Shown piece after piece: positions 1-12,431 of a stretch of DNA of 64,000 nt. Position numbers and translations under genes: made by a program. Below the pieces are notes generated by a model. The model did no database searches. It saw nothing but the letters and a program-made list of their open reading frames with translations, and was not told the origin of the DNA. The stretch covers positions 62,001-126,000 of the forward strand of contig NIVC01000292.1 of assembly GCA_002269645.1 (NCBI GenBank), in the 5' to 3' direction. Position 1 is the first letter of the stretch; every line of letters begins with the position of its first letter. The stretch comes from Macrostomum lignano. Lineage: Eukaryota.

Positions 1-938
1 CCATGAGTCTGGGAGTCCATGAGTCTGGGAGTCCATGAGTCTGGGAGTCCATGAGTCTGGGAGTCCATGAGTCTGGGAGTCCATGAGTCTGGGAGTCCAT
101 GAGTCTGGGAGTCCATGAGTCTGGGAGTCCATGAGTCTGGGAGTCCATGAGTCTGGGAGTCCATGAGTCTGGGAGTCCATGAGTCTGGGAGTCCATGAGT
201 CTGGGAGTCCATGAGTCTGGGAGTCCATGAGTCTGGGAGTCCATGAGTCTGGGAGTCCATGAGTCTGGGAGTCCATGAGTCTGGGAGTCCATGAGTCTGG
301 GAGTCCATGAGTCTGGGAGTCCATGAGTCTGGGAGTCCATGAGTCTGGGAGTCCATGAGTCTGGGAGTCCATGAGTCTGGGAGTCCATGAGTCTGGGAGT
401 CCATGAGTCTGGGAGTCCATGAGTCTGGGAGTCCATGAGTCTGGGAGTCCATGAGTCTGGGAGTCCATGAGTCTGGGAGTCCATGAGTCTGGGAGTCCAT
501 GAGTCTGGGAGTCCATGAGTCTGGGAGTCCATGAGTCTGGGAGTCCATGAGTCTGGGAGTCCATGAGTCTGGGAGTCCATGAGTCTGGGAGTCCATGAGT
601 CTGGGAGTCCATGAGTCTGGGAGTCCATGAGTCTGGGAGTCCATGAGTCTGGGAGTCCATGAGTCTGGGAGTCCATGAGTCTGGGAGTCCATGAGTCTGG
701 GAGTCCATGAGTCTGGGAGTCCATGAGTCTGGGAGTCCATGAGTCTGGGAGTCCATGAGTCTGGGAGTCCATGAGTCTGGGAGTCCATGAGTCTGGGAGT
801 CCATGAGTCTGGGAGTCCATGAGTCTGGGAGTCCATGAGTCTGGGAGTCCATGAGTCTGGGAGTCCATGAGTCTGGGAGTCCATGAGTCTGGGAGTCCAT
901 GAGTCTGGGAGTCCATGAGTCTGTGAGTCCATGAGTCT
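1..938. repeat. 16-bp minisatellite (CCATGAGTCTGGGAGT)n, ~58 near-perfect copies, runs off the window start
   Basis: Direct reading. The unit is two related 8-mers (CCATGAGT/CTGGGAGT). Probably lies in an upstream intron of the M13 gene. Confidence 0.97.
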
Positions 939-1261
939 AGCTTTCGAACTTCAGGGACAGCCAAGCCATTCTCGTCATTCTGATTCGGAAGTCCAACCCA
1001 CCTTACGCAACTAGGAGAATCTGAGACTTAACAAGCCGTAGAAAGCTGGTATTTAGCCTTGACAACAGCCGAATCATTGAATTATGGTCACAGCACGTTG
1101 TTCTCAAATTATTCTCTAGTCGAAGTCCCCCCTCCCCCAATGTGAAGCTCATCAAATGCCTGCCATGCGCGAATTGCGTCACAGCTGGAGAGGCGCGAAT
1201 TCAAATAGCATGCCAACCATTTAGGCGGCATTGGCACATTTTTTAACCCGCAACCTTGCAG

Positions 1262-1312
1262 CTGTCGGATGAGAGCCTGGCTGACCAGTTTGGACTCCTC
1301 ATGGCGCTGGCT
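1262..1312 (+). CDS. M13 (neprilysin/ECE-like) peptidase, internal exon carrying the ExxxD zinc-ligand motif
   Basis: ccttgcAG|CTG TCG GAT GAG AGC CTG GCT GAC CAG TTT GGA...GCT|GTGAGT gives LSDESLADQFGLLMALA, matching the M13 motif TLGENIADNGGLxxA. Phase 0 join to the exon at 2269. Confidence 0.72.
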
Positions 1313-1389
1313 GTGAGTTGCCTAAGCGCTTCTCGTGACTTTATTTAATGACTTATTGGTGTGCGCCTCTCTAATTTGTATGATCTCAA

Positions 1390-2258
1390 TAATCTACTCT
1401 CACCTGTCTACTCTCACCAGTCTACTCTCACCTGTCTACTCTCACGAGTCTGCTATCACCAGTCTACTCTCACCAGTCTACTATCACCTGTCTACTCTCA
1501 CCTGTCTACTCTCTCACCAGTATACTCTCACCTGTCTACTCTCTCACCAGTATACTCTCACCTGTCTACTCTCACCAGTCTACTATCACCTGTCTACTCT
1601 CACCTGTCTACTCTCTCACCAGTATACTCTCACCTGTCTACTCTCACCTGTCTACTCTCACCAGTCTACTATCACCAGTCTACTCTCACCAGTTTACTCT
1701 CTCAGCTGCCTACACTCACCTGCCTAATCTCACCTGCCTACTCTCACCTGTCTAACTCTCACCTGTCTACTCTCTCACCAGTATACTCTCACCTGTCTAC
1801 TCTCACCTGTCTACTCTCACCAGTCTACTATCACCAGTCTACTATCACCAGTTTACTCTCTCAACTGCCTACACTCACCTGACTACACTCACCTGCCTAA
1901 TCTCACCTGCCTAATCTCACCTGCCTACTCTCACCTGTCTACTCTCACCTGTCTACTCTCACCAGTCTACTCTCACCAGTCTACTCTCACCAGTCTACTC
2001 TCACCAGTCTGCTATCACCAGTCTACTCTCACCAGTCTACTCTCACCTGCCTACTCTCACCAGTCTACTCTCACCTGTCTACTCTCACCAGGCTGCTCTC
2101 AGCAGTCTACTCTCACGAGGCTGCTCTCACCAGTCTACTCTCACCAATCTACTCTCACCAATCTACTCTCACCAGTCTACTCTCACCAATCTACTCTCAC
2201 CAATCTACTCTCACCAATATACTCTCACCAATCTACTCTCACCAATCTACTCTCACCT
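1390..2258. repeat. Degenerate ~14-bp minisatellite (CTACTCTCACCWGT)n filling the intron 1313-2268
   Basis: Direct reading. It ends about 10 nt before the AG acceptor at 2267-2268. Confidence 0.95.
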
Positions 2259-2268
2259 GCCAACCCAG

Positions 2269-2349
2269 GCATTCAGCGAGTCCGTGCAGCACCTGCCTGC
2301 TGAGGAAGTTGATCGGCTGACCCGCCAGTTTTTCCTCGCGTACGCCAAG
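2269..2349 (+). CDS. M13 peptidase exon (AFSESVQHLPAEEVDRLTRQFFLAYAK)
   Basis: cccAG|GCA...GCC AAG|GTAGGC. QFFLAYAK matches the M13 QLFFxxYAQxWC motif. Confidence 0.75.
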
Positions 2350-2438
2350 GTAGGCGCGCCGTGCTCTGAGGCAAAAAAATGTTTTTGTAAAAGGACAATT
2401 TCGAAAATGACGTTCGCAAAATTTCTAATTCCGCCCAG

Positions 2439-2515
2439 AGTAATTGCGCTCATGACGCGCTGCAGGACCCCGCGGAGGCCGCCGATCAAGGCGCCTACCC
2501 CAGCTGGAGGGACAG
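2439..2515 (+). CDS. M13 peptidase exon (SNCAHDALQDPAEAADQGAYPSWRD-R)
   Basis: ccgcccAG|AGT AAT TGC...GAC AG|GTGAG. Phase 0 in and phase 2 out. It supplies the conserved Cys after AYAK and keeps the frame into the last exon. Confidence 0.65.
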
Positions 2516-2615
2516 GTGAGGAATTAGGCCGTAATGGCCAGGGTAATCATTATTTTATTATTCCCAAGGTGGATGGACACCTGACTGCGTTCGCACCCCA
2601 ACCCCTGACTTCCAG

Positions 2616-2676
2616 GGTGAACAAGCCGGTCGAGCAGCTGCTGCAATTTCACCGGGCCTTCAACTGCAGTCTGTAG
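2616..2676 (+). CDS. M13 peptidase terminal exon (R-VNKPVEQLLQFHRAFNCSL*)
   Basis: ctgacttccAG|G GTG AAC AAG CCG...TAG. RVNKPV..F..AFNC matches the M13 C-terminal RVNGPLxNxxxFxxAFxC motif. Confidence 0.75.
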
Positions 2677-2804
2677 CCGCTGTGCTCTGAGCTCTGGGGG
2701 ATCTCGCTGCAATGGCAACGAATGAAAACTATGTGGGACATTAGCAGTGCCCTGTGTTTCAGGCATTTTCTTGATTTCATTGGGTTTTACTGAGGCCAGA
2801 TTGG

Positions 2805-3214
2805 AGCTAGACTGTGCCAGGTTGAGGCTAGACTGCCAGGTTGAGGCTAGACTGTGTCAGGTTGAGGCTAGACTGTGTCAGTTTGAGGCTAGACTGTGCC
2901 AGGTTGAGGCTAGACTGTGTCAGGTTGAGGCTAGACTGTGTCAGTTTGAGGCTAGACTGTGTCAGGTTGAGGCTAGACTGTGTCAGGTTGAGGCTAGACT
3001 GTGTCAGGTTGGGGCTAGACTGTGTCAGGTTGGGGCTAGACTGTGTCAGGTTGAGGCTAGACTGTGTCAGGTTGAGGCTAGACTGTGTCAGGTTGGGGCT
3101 AGACTGTGTCAGGTTGAGGCTAGACTGTCAGTTTGAGGCTAGACTGTGCCAGGTTGAGGCTAGACTGTGCCAGGTTGGGGCTAGACTGTGTCAGGTTGGG
3201 GCTAGACTGTGTCA
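2805..3214. repeat. 21-bp minisatellite (CAGGTTGAGGCTAGACTGTGT)n, ~19 copies
   Basis: Direct reading. Explains the VEARLCQ/RLRLDCV pseudo-ORFs. Confidence 0.95.
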
Positions 3215-3887
3215 GAACTAATTGCCCACTTTGCTTGTCCAGCGCAGACAGACTGCAGCAAATACAATGCGCACTCGAGTCAGTCATAAACTTTTTATGA
3301 CTCAAACATGAACTAACTTGACAACCTCCGACTTCATAAATAATTCCAAATTTAATTTGTGTAAACACTCTATTTATGTATCAATTAAGCTTGTTTGTGT
3401 TTTCGTGTTGCATGTCATCAACTGGGAAATTTCAACTTGGCCGTCTGTCATCAATAATGGGGAGGGGGTTGGCGGGGGCCGATTATTATCGAGCTCGGTT
3501 GCGCAACCGGCCGAAATCCTCAGTTCTAAATTGCTCTCGGTGTATAAGCATCAAAAAAATAATAGAACTGACTGCCCATGGTGGGGGTGACAAATGATCT
3601 GGGGGTGGTAATGGAGGTTGCGCAACCAGCCGGACCCCTGGGGCGCAGCGGGAATGAGGAAAACTGATAAGAAATGAAATATGCGACCCGCACCCCCGTT
3701 TCAACGGTTGGTTCCACGGCGAGAGTGGCTGACTCGGGCTGGGGGTTGTGCAACCGGGGGCGGCTCGCTTTGCTGAATGGCCACGAGAGTCCGTGGGGAT
3801 GCCACAGGGCAGGCAGCAACTGCTGACAGCATTTAGAAAATACAAACTGATGCTGTTTGATGGGGCAGAGATGGTGAAATTCGATAG

Positions 3888-3893
3888 TGTCTG

Positions 3894-3930
<37 letters not shown>

Positions 3931-4105
3931 TAGTGTCTGTGTGTCTGTCTGTCTGTCTTAGTGTCTTTCTGTCTGTCTGTCTGTCTGTCTTAGTGTCTGT
4001 GTGTCTGTCTGTCTGTCTTAGAGTCTGTCTGTCTGTCTGTCTGTCTTAGTGTCTGTCTGTCTGTCTGTCTGTCTTAGTGTCTGTCTGTCTGTCTGTCTGT
4101 CTTAG

Positions 4106-4135
<30 letters not shown>
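3888..4135. repeat. (GTCT)n microsatellite with recurrent TTAGT interruptions
   Basis: Direct reading. Confidence 0.95.
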
Positions 4136-4137
<2 letters not shown>

Positions 4138-4899
4138 CACCCTATAGACTGCAGCTACTGCCCACAGCAGTAGTGTGTACCGAATGTGCACAGAATCATT
4201 CCAAGCCGCTCCGCATTCAAGCCAAAAGCCGAACAGAGAAATCCCTCATTTCCTTAAATTTCTAGGCCCGATGCTGGGAGCCCCACTCCAGCCTGCGGGC
4301 AGTGGCGGCCCTTTTTTAATAGACCTCCCATCCCCCAATTCTCCCAGCCCGGGTCTGCCTTCACGCCCCAATCCTCGCCCGCTTTTCGCCTCTCCCAGCC
4401 CAGCCGCTCCCATTTTATCCCGGGGATTCGCAACAGGAGAAAAAGCGAGTCGGCCCCAGAGAGAGGAGGCGGGTGGCGGCGGCTCCTGTCCGTCTGCAGT
4501 GTTTTTTCAGACCGGAAAGCCCCGGGCCTGGTGGCACCCCGCCTCCCCCCCCCTCGGGGCTAAGCTGACGCTGCGGGGGGCCGGCCATGGGGGGGGGGCT
4601 GGCGGGCCGCAGCTGATTGCCGAGACCGGCCGGTGGCTTCACGAGATCCGCTTGGCAACATTTGGGCAGCAGAGAGGGGAGAGTCCAGCGTGAGAGAGGG
4701 GAGGGCATTGAGGAGTTGCATGAGTTGGGATGGGAGATTCAGAGAGTGCGAGATTGGAGATGCAGAGAATGTGAGATGGGAGATGCAGATAGTGCGAGAT
4801 GGGAGACGCAGAGAATAGAAAATAGGAGGTGTAGAGACAGGAGATTGGGGAGAAATTGGAGATAAAGACCTTGTTAGTATACATGGATTTATCTCCCGA

Positions 4900-6695
4900 A
4901 TTGAAAGTGGAGATGTGAGATATGGAGAGTGGAGATGTGAAACATTGAGAGTGGGGAGATGTGAGACATTGAGAGTGGAGATGTGAGACATTGATAGTGG
5001 AGATGTGAGACATTGAGAGTGGAGATGTGAGACATTGAGAGTGGAGATGTGAGACATTGAGAGTGGGGAGATGTGAGACATTGAGAGTGGAGATGTGAGA
5101 CATTGAGAGTGGGGAGATGTGAGACATTGATAGTGGAGATGTGAGACATTGATAGTGGAGATGTGAGACATTGATAGTGGAGATGTGAGACATTGAGAGT
5201 GGGGAGATGTGAGACATTGAGAGTGGAGATGTGAGACATTGAGAGTGGGGAGATGTGAGACATTGATAGTGGAGATGTGAGACATTGATAGTGGAGATGT
5301 GAGACATTGATAGTGGAGATGTGAGACATTGATAGTGGAGATGTGAGACATTGATAGTGGAGATGTGAGACATTGAGAGTGGAGATGTGAGACATTGAGA
5401 GTGGAGATGTGAGACATTGAGAGTGGGGAGATGTGAGACATTGATAGTGGAGATGTGAGACATTGATAGTGGAGATGTGAGACATTGAGAGTGGAGATGT
5501 GAGACATTGAGAGTGGAGATGTGAGACATTGAGAGTGGAGATGTGAGACATTGAGAGTGGAGATGTGAGACATTGAGAGTGGGGAGATGTGAGACATTGA
5601 TAGTGGAGATGTGAGACATTGATAGTGGAGATGTGAGACATTGATAGTGGAGATGTGAGACATTGAGAGTGGGGAGATGTGAGACATTGATAGTGGAGAT
5701 GTGAGACATTGATAGTGGAGATGTGAGACATTGAGAGTGGGGAGATGTGAGACATTGATAGTGGAGATGTGAGACATTGATAGTGGAGAGATGTGAGACA
5801 TTGAGAGTGGAGATGTGAGACATTGAGAGTGGAGATGTGAGACATTGAGAGTGGAGATGTGAGACATGGAGAGTGGAGATGTGAGACATGGAGAGTGGAG
5901 ATGTGAGACATTGAGAGTGGAGATGTGAGACATGGAGAGTGGAGATGTGAGACATGGAGAGTGGAGATGTGAGACATGGAGAGTGGAGATGTGAGACATG
6001 GAGAGTGGAGATGTGAGACATGGAGAGTGGAGATGTGAGACATGGAGAGTGGAGATGTGAGACATGGAGAGTGGAGATGTGAGACATGGAGAGTGGAGAT
6101 GTGAGACATGGAGAGTGGAGATGTGAGACATGGAGAGTGGAGATGTGAGACATGGAGAGTGGAGATGTGAGACATGGAGAGTGGAGATGTGAGACATGGA
6201 GAGTGGAGATGTGAGACATGGAGAGTGGAGATGTGAGACATTGAGAGTGGAGATGTGAGACATGGAGAGTGGAGATGTGAGACATGGAGAGTGGAGATGT
6301 GAGACATGGAGAGTGGAGATGTGAGACATGGAGAGTGGAGATGTGAGACATGGAGAGTGGAGATGTGAGACATGGAGAGTGGAGATGTGAGACATGGAGA
6401 GTGGAGATGTGAGACATGGAGAGTGGAGATGTGAGACATGGAGAGTGGAGATGTGAGACATGGAGAGTGGAGATGTGAGACATGGAGAGTGGAGATGTGA
6501 GACATGGAGAGTGGAGATGTGAGACATGGAGAGTGGAGATGTGAGACATGGAGAGTGGAGATGTGAGACATGGAGAGTGGAGATGTGAGACATGGAGAGT
6601 GGAGATGTGAGACATGGAGAGTGGAGATGTGAGACATGGAGAGTGGAGATGTGAGACATGGAGAGTGGAGATGTGAGACATGGAGAGTGGAGATG
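4900..6695. repeat. 22-bp minisatellite (TGGAGAGTGGAGATGTGAGACA)n, ~80 copies, with a variant gradient along the array
   Basis: Direct reading. Left part has TTGATA/TTGAGA and GGGG variants; right part is homogeneous TGGAGA. A degenerate purine-rich flank extends to ~4690. Confidence 0.97.
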
Positions 6696-7989
6696 GAATA
6701 TTAGGCGGCAAACAGAAACAACGAAGTGCATGTGTTACAGTTGGTTGGGTCTCACAATGGAGAATGGCGGCAATCCCTGGTGGAGTCAGTGTCAGCCCAG
6801 GCTCTCACAGAGCTGCAGAGGCTCGAAGGCAGAATGCAACAAGCGGGTGCAGCCAGAAATCGGACACCCAGTGCAGCACAGCGAGCGGAAAGTGTAGCGG
6901 CTGCAGAAGCAGCAGCGCAGAGGCGGGCAGGCGAATTTCGAGCTATTCGGCTGCAGACCTCCGCCCGCCCTCTCCGCCCCCGAACCCCACCACAGAATTT
7001 TTTCGAAAGGCCGGCTCGCCGGGGCAACGGCGGCTCGGGCTCGGTGCCCGGTTTCACTTATTCATTATGCAAACAATCAACACGGCGTGGAACAAAGCCG
7101 CTCCTGCCACCCGGCCTCTCCGGTGTCCCCGATTATAATATTTAATTTATTTGCCTTCCACCCCAGGTCTGTTGCGCTCCAGTTGCTTCGAGCTGCGGTT
7201 TTCCTCAAGCTTCTCAAGACTCGGCTCATCAATAGCGGGAGGTCAGTCAACAAGATGTCGCTGCTTACACAGACAGATTTATATCGAGAGATCCCGAGCT
7301 GCTTGTTTGGGATCGGGTTCGATCACAGGGGAGAACTGATGTGCCGTCATTCACCCCCTCTCCTCCCCGGCTCTCCTATTCAATCAATGTCACGTCCCCG
7401 CCCCGCCCACGGGCCAAGCCTTCATTTCCTCCTATCACTTCCCCGGCTAGCCTGCTAGCCCGGCTAACATGCCACGGGGGGGGGGCAGGTGCTGGGCTGG
7501 GACTCTACGCGGGTCGCTAAAACAGTGCAAAAGAAGTGGCATTATTGGCATGAATGCTAACCGTATGCGCCAATGCATGTCAACGCAGGGCCTCCGCACC
7601 GTGCAAATCAATTCAACACAGCTCATGCCGTGACTGTTTTTTATAACAATGAAAACAGATGCAAAACGCTTGGCTAGGAGCAGGGCCTGTCTGTCTCTCT
7701 CTACTCTATGAGTGTCTCTGTGAGGCGTGGCCTCTTCTGCAGTCTGCAGCATCATGCGACACGCGACTCCCCACCGCACAGTCCTCTCTGATGCTGCATG
7801 AGGGAGGAGAGTGGCAGGGAATTGGGAATATTCAGAGACAGATGCCGATAAAAGTGGGGGAGTGCAGTATAATAGTCAGTGAGAGTTGGAGTTGGGGAAT
7901 CGCACAGGGTTTTATAAAGGATTAGGAAGAGTCAGGGAGAGTCAGATAAAGTCAATGAAAATTAGAGGGACTCCGATAAAGCACAAGGA

Positions 7990-10900
7990 GTCAGAGACAG
8001 TCAGAGACAGTCAGAGACAGTCAGAGACAGTCAGAGACAGTCAGAGACAGTCAGAGACAGTCAGAGACAGCCAGAGTCAGAGAGTCAGAGACAGCCAGAG
8101 TCAGAGACAGTCAGAGACAGTCAGAGACAGTCAGAGACAGTCAGAGACAGTCAGAGACAGTCAGAGACAGTCAGAGACAGCCAGAGACAGTCAGAGACAG
8201 TCAAAGACAGTCAGAGACAGCCAGAGTCAGAGAGTCAGAGACAGTCAGAGACAGTCAGAGACAGTCAGAGACAGTCAGAGACAGACAGTCAGAGACAGAC
8301 AGTCAGAGACAGTCAGAGACAGTCAGAGCCAGTCAGAGACAGTCAGAGACAGTCAGAGACAGACAGTCAGAGACAGTCAGAGACAGTCAGAGACAGTCAG
8401 AGACAGCCAGAGACAGTCAGAGATAGTCAGAGACAGTCAGAGACAGTCAGAGACAGTCAGAGACAGTCAGAGACAGACAGTCAGAGACAGTCAGAGACAG
8501 TCAGAGCCAGTCAGAGACAGTCAGAGACAGTCAGAGACAGTCAGAGACAGTCAGAGACAGTCAGAGACAGTCAGAGACAGTCAGAGACAGTCAGAGACAG
8601 TCAGAGACAGTCAGAGACAGCCAGAGTCAGAGAGTCAGAGACAGCCAGAGTCAGAGACAGTCAGAGACAGTCAGAGACAGTCAGAGACAGTCAGAGACAG
8701 TCAGAGACAGTCAGAGACAGTCAGAGACAGTCAGAGACAGTCAGAGAGTCAGAGACAGTCAGAGACAGCCAGAGTCAGAGAGAGTCAGAGACAGTCAGAG
8801 ACAGCCAGAGAGTCAGAGAGTCAGAGACAGCCAGAGTCAGAGACAGTCAGAGACAGTCAGAGACAGTCAGAGACAGTCAGAGACAGTCAGAGACAGCCAG
8901 AGACAGTCAGAGACAGTCAGAGACAGTCAGAGACAGTCAGAGACAGTCAGAGACAGCCAGAGTCAGAGACAGTCAGAGACAGTCAGAGACAGCCAGAGTC
9001 AGAGAGTCAGAGACAGCCAGAGTCAGAGACAGTCAGAGACAGTCAGAGACAGCCAGAGTCAGAGACAGTCAGAGACAGTCAGAGACAGCCAGAGTCAGAG
9101 ACAGTCAGAGACAGCCAGAGTCAGAGACAGTCAGAGACAGTCAGAGACAGCCAGAGTCAGAGACAGTCAGAGACAGTCAGAGAGAGTCAGAGAGAGTCAG
9201 AGACAGCCAGAGTCAGAGACAGTCAGAGACAGTCAGAGACAGTCAGAGAGAGTCAGAGACAGCCAGAGTCAGAGACAGTCAGAGACAGTCAGAGACAGTC
9301 AGAGACAGTCAGAGACAGTCAGAGAGAGTCAGAGACAGCCAGAGTCAGAGACAGTCAGAGACAGTCAGAGACAGTCAGAGACAGTCAGAGACAGTCAGAG
9401 ACAGTCAGAGACAGCCAGAGACAGTCAGAGACAGCCAGAGTCAGAGACAGTCAGAGACAGTCAGAGACAGTCAGAGACAGTCAGAGACAGCCAGAGACAG
9501 TCAGAGACAGTCAGAGCCAGTCAGAGACAGTCAGAGACAGCCAGAGACAGTCAGAGACAGCCAGAGTCAGAGAGAGTCAGAGACAGTCAGAGACAGTCAG
9601 AGAGAGTCAGAGACAGTCAGAGACAGTCAGAGACAGACAGTCAGAGACAGCCAGAGTCAGAGAGAGTCAGAGACAGTCAGAGACAGCCAGAGTCAGAGAG
9701 TCAGAGACAGCCAGAGTCAGAGACAGTCAGAGACAGTCAGAGACAGCCAGAGTCAGAGACAGTCAGAGACAGTCAGAGAGAGTCAGAGAGAGTCAGAGAC
9801 AGCCAGAGTCAGAGACAGTCAGAGACAGTCAGAGACAGTCAGAGAGAGTCAGAGACAGCCAGAGTCAGAGACAGTCAGAGACAGTCAGAGACAGTCAGAG
9901 ACAGTCAGAGACAGTCAGAGACAGTCAGAGACAGTCAGAGACAGTCAGAGACAGTCAGAGACAGTCAGAGACAGTCAGAGACAGCCAGAGTCAGAGACAG
10001 TCAGAGACAGTCAGAGACAGTCAGAGAGAGTCAGAGACAGCCAGAGTCAGAGACAGTCAGAGACAGTCAGAGACAGTCAGAGACAGTCAGAGAGAGTCAG
10101 AGACAGCCAGAGTCAGAGACAGTCAGAGACAGCCAGAGTCAGAGACAGTCAGAGACAGTCAGAGACAGCCAGAGTCAGAGACAGTCAGAGACAGTCAGAG
10201 AGAGTCAGAGAGAGTCAGAGACAGCCAGAGTCAGAGACAGTCAGAGACAGTCAGAGACAGTCAGAGAGAGTCAGAGACAGCCAGAGTCAGAGACAGTCAG
10301 AGACAGTCAGAGACAGTCAGAGACAGTCAGAGACAGTCAGAGAGAGTCAGAGACAGCCAGAGTCAGAGACAGTCAGAGACAGTCAGAGACAGTCAGAGAG
10401 AGTCAGAGACAGCCAGAGTCAGAGACAGTCAGAGACAGTCAGAGACAGTCAGAGACAGTCAGAGACAGTCAGAGACAGCCAGAGACAGTCAGAGACAGCC
10501 AGAGTCAGAGACAGTCAGAGACAGTCAGAGACAGTCAGAGACAGTCAGAGACAGCCAGAGACAGTCAGAGACAGTCAGAGCCAGTCAGAGACAGTCAGAG
10601 CCAGTCAGAGACAGTCAGAGACAGCCAGAGACAGTCAGAGACAGCCAGAGTCAGAGACAGTCAGAGACAGTCAGAGAGAGTCAGAGACAGCCAGAGTCAG
10701 AGACAGTCAGAGACAGTCAGAGACAGTCAGAGACAGTCAGAGACAGCCAGAGACAGTCAGAGACAGCCAGAGTCAGAGACAGTCAGAGACAGTCAGAGAC
10801 AGTCAGAGACAGTCAGAGACAGCCAGAGACAGTCAGAGACAGTCAGAGACAGTCAGAGACAGCCAGAGACAGTCAGAGACAGTCAGAGACAGTCAGAGAC

Positions 10901-11652
10901 AGTCAGAGACAGTCAGAGACAGTCAGAGACAGTCAGAGACAGTCAGAGACAGTCAGAGACAGTCAGAGACAGTCAGAGACAGTCAGAGACAGCCAGAGTC
11001 AGAGACAGTCAGAGACAGTCAGAGACAGCCAGAGTCAGAGACAGTCAGAGACAGTCAGGGACAGCCAGAGTCAGAGACAGTCAGAGACAGCCAGAGTCAG
11101 AGACAGTCAGAGACAGTCAGAGACAGCCAGAGTCAGAGACAATCAGAGACAGCCAGAGTCAGAGACAGTCAGAGACAGTCAGAGACAGTCAGAGACAGCC
11201 AGAGTCAGAGACAGTCAGAGACAGTCAGGGACAGCCAGAGTCAGAGACAGTCAGAGACAGCCAGAGTCAGAGACAGTCAGAGACAGTCAGAGACAGCCAG
11301 AGTCAGAGACAATCAGAGACAGCCAGAGTCAGAGACAGTCAGAGACAGTCAGAGACAGCCAGAGTCAGAGACAGTCAGAGACAGTCAGAGACAGCCAGAG
11401 TCAGAGACAGTCAGAGACAGCCAGAGTCAGAGACAGTCAGAGACAGTCAGAGACAGTCAGAGACAGTCAGAGACAGTCAGAGACAGTCAGAGACAGTCAG
11501 AGACAGCCAGAGTCAGAGACAGTCAGAGACAGCCAGAGTCAGAGACAGTCAGAGACAGTCAGAGACAGTCAGAGACAGTCAGAGACAGTCAGAGACAGTC
11601 AGAGACAGTCAGAGACAGTCAGAGACAGTCAGAGACAGTCAGAGAGAGTCAG
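7990..11652. repeat. 10-bp satellite (GAGACAGTCA)n with CCAGA and GAGA variants, ~3.7 kb
   Basis: Direct reading. The unit has no stop in any + frame, which produces the spurious 1264-aa ORF. Confidence 0.97.
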
Positions 11653-12431
11653 AAGACAAACAGTCACAAAGAACAATTGAGACAGACGGGCAAACCAGAG
11701 ACAAAGGACTGTCAGCCCCTGCCCCGGAAACCAGCCTAAAAAGCGCCGGGCAAAGTTGCATGGCTGAAGCATTCGTATCCAGGTAGCAGCAGTACCACGC
11801 GGTGCAAGGAGACTGCCTGTCCGTCTGTCTGCCTGGCTGGCTGGCAAAATGGGCCTTTGAAATCGGTGGGGGGCGGTTTGAGGATGCAGATCGGAGGGGG
11901 GCAGATAGGATGATGGAGCCGACTGCATGGAGAAAGAGGGGAGGAAGGGAGGTGGGGGGGGGAACTCAGTGAGAGGGAAGCCCAGGGAGCCAGTCTAGCA
12001 CGTAACTCCCGCGGCGAGAGAATGGCGAGAGGAGGGCGGGCGGGCAGGCGAGTCGGGCCTCAAAGCCCGCGGAAACCCGAGCCCTGGGACCCCTCACCAA
12101 TCATTCACGCTTAATCAATAGCTCCCATTAGACGGGGCTTGGGCCAGGCTCCTTTGCGCCTCATCATTCCCCCAGCCGCCCCCCAGCCCGCCCTATTATA
12201 CAGCAGCTCGGATTTGAAGCTTTTGGCCAATTTCCTTTGTATTCCCCGCACTGCAAATGCTTCCCAGCTTGGCCAATTTTTTCAAATCCCATTTTGCCTG
12301 GCTGTTCGATTCGCAGTTCTCAGGCCGCGTGGTTATTGTGAGTTGCTTTTATTATCCCAAACTTCTCCAATATACAGATTTGATTCCTAGTTACATTGCG
12401 AAACCAGACATCATTCAAAGAAATATGGGAT

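Noticed and set aside
4560-6731. 723/690/582-aa minus-strand His/Ser-rich ORFs
   Set aside because: All three frames are open because of the 22-bp repeat, so these are artefacts.
7886-11680. 1264-aa ORF (RDSQRQSETV repeats)
   Set aside because: It is a reading of the 10-bp satellite, which lacks stops in all + frames. There is no unique domain and no splice context.
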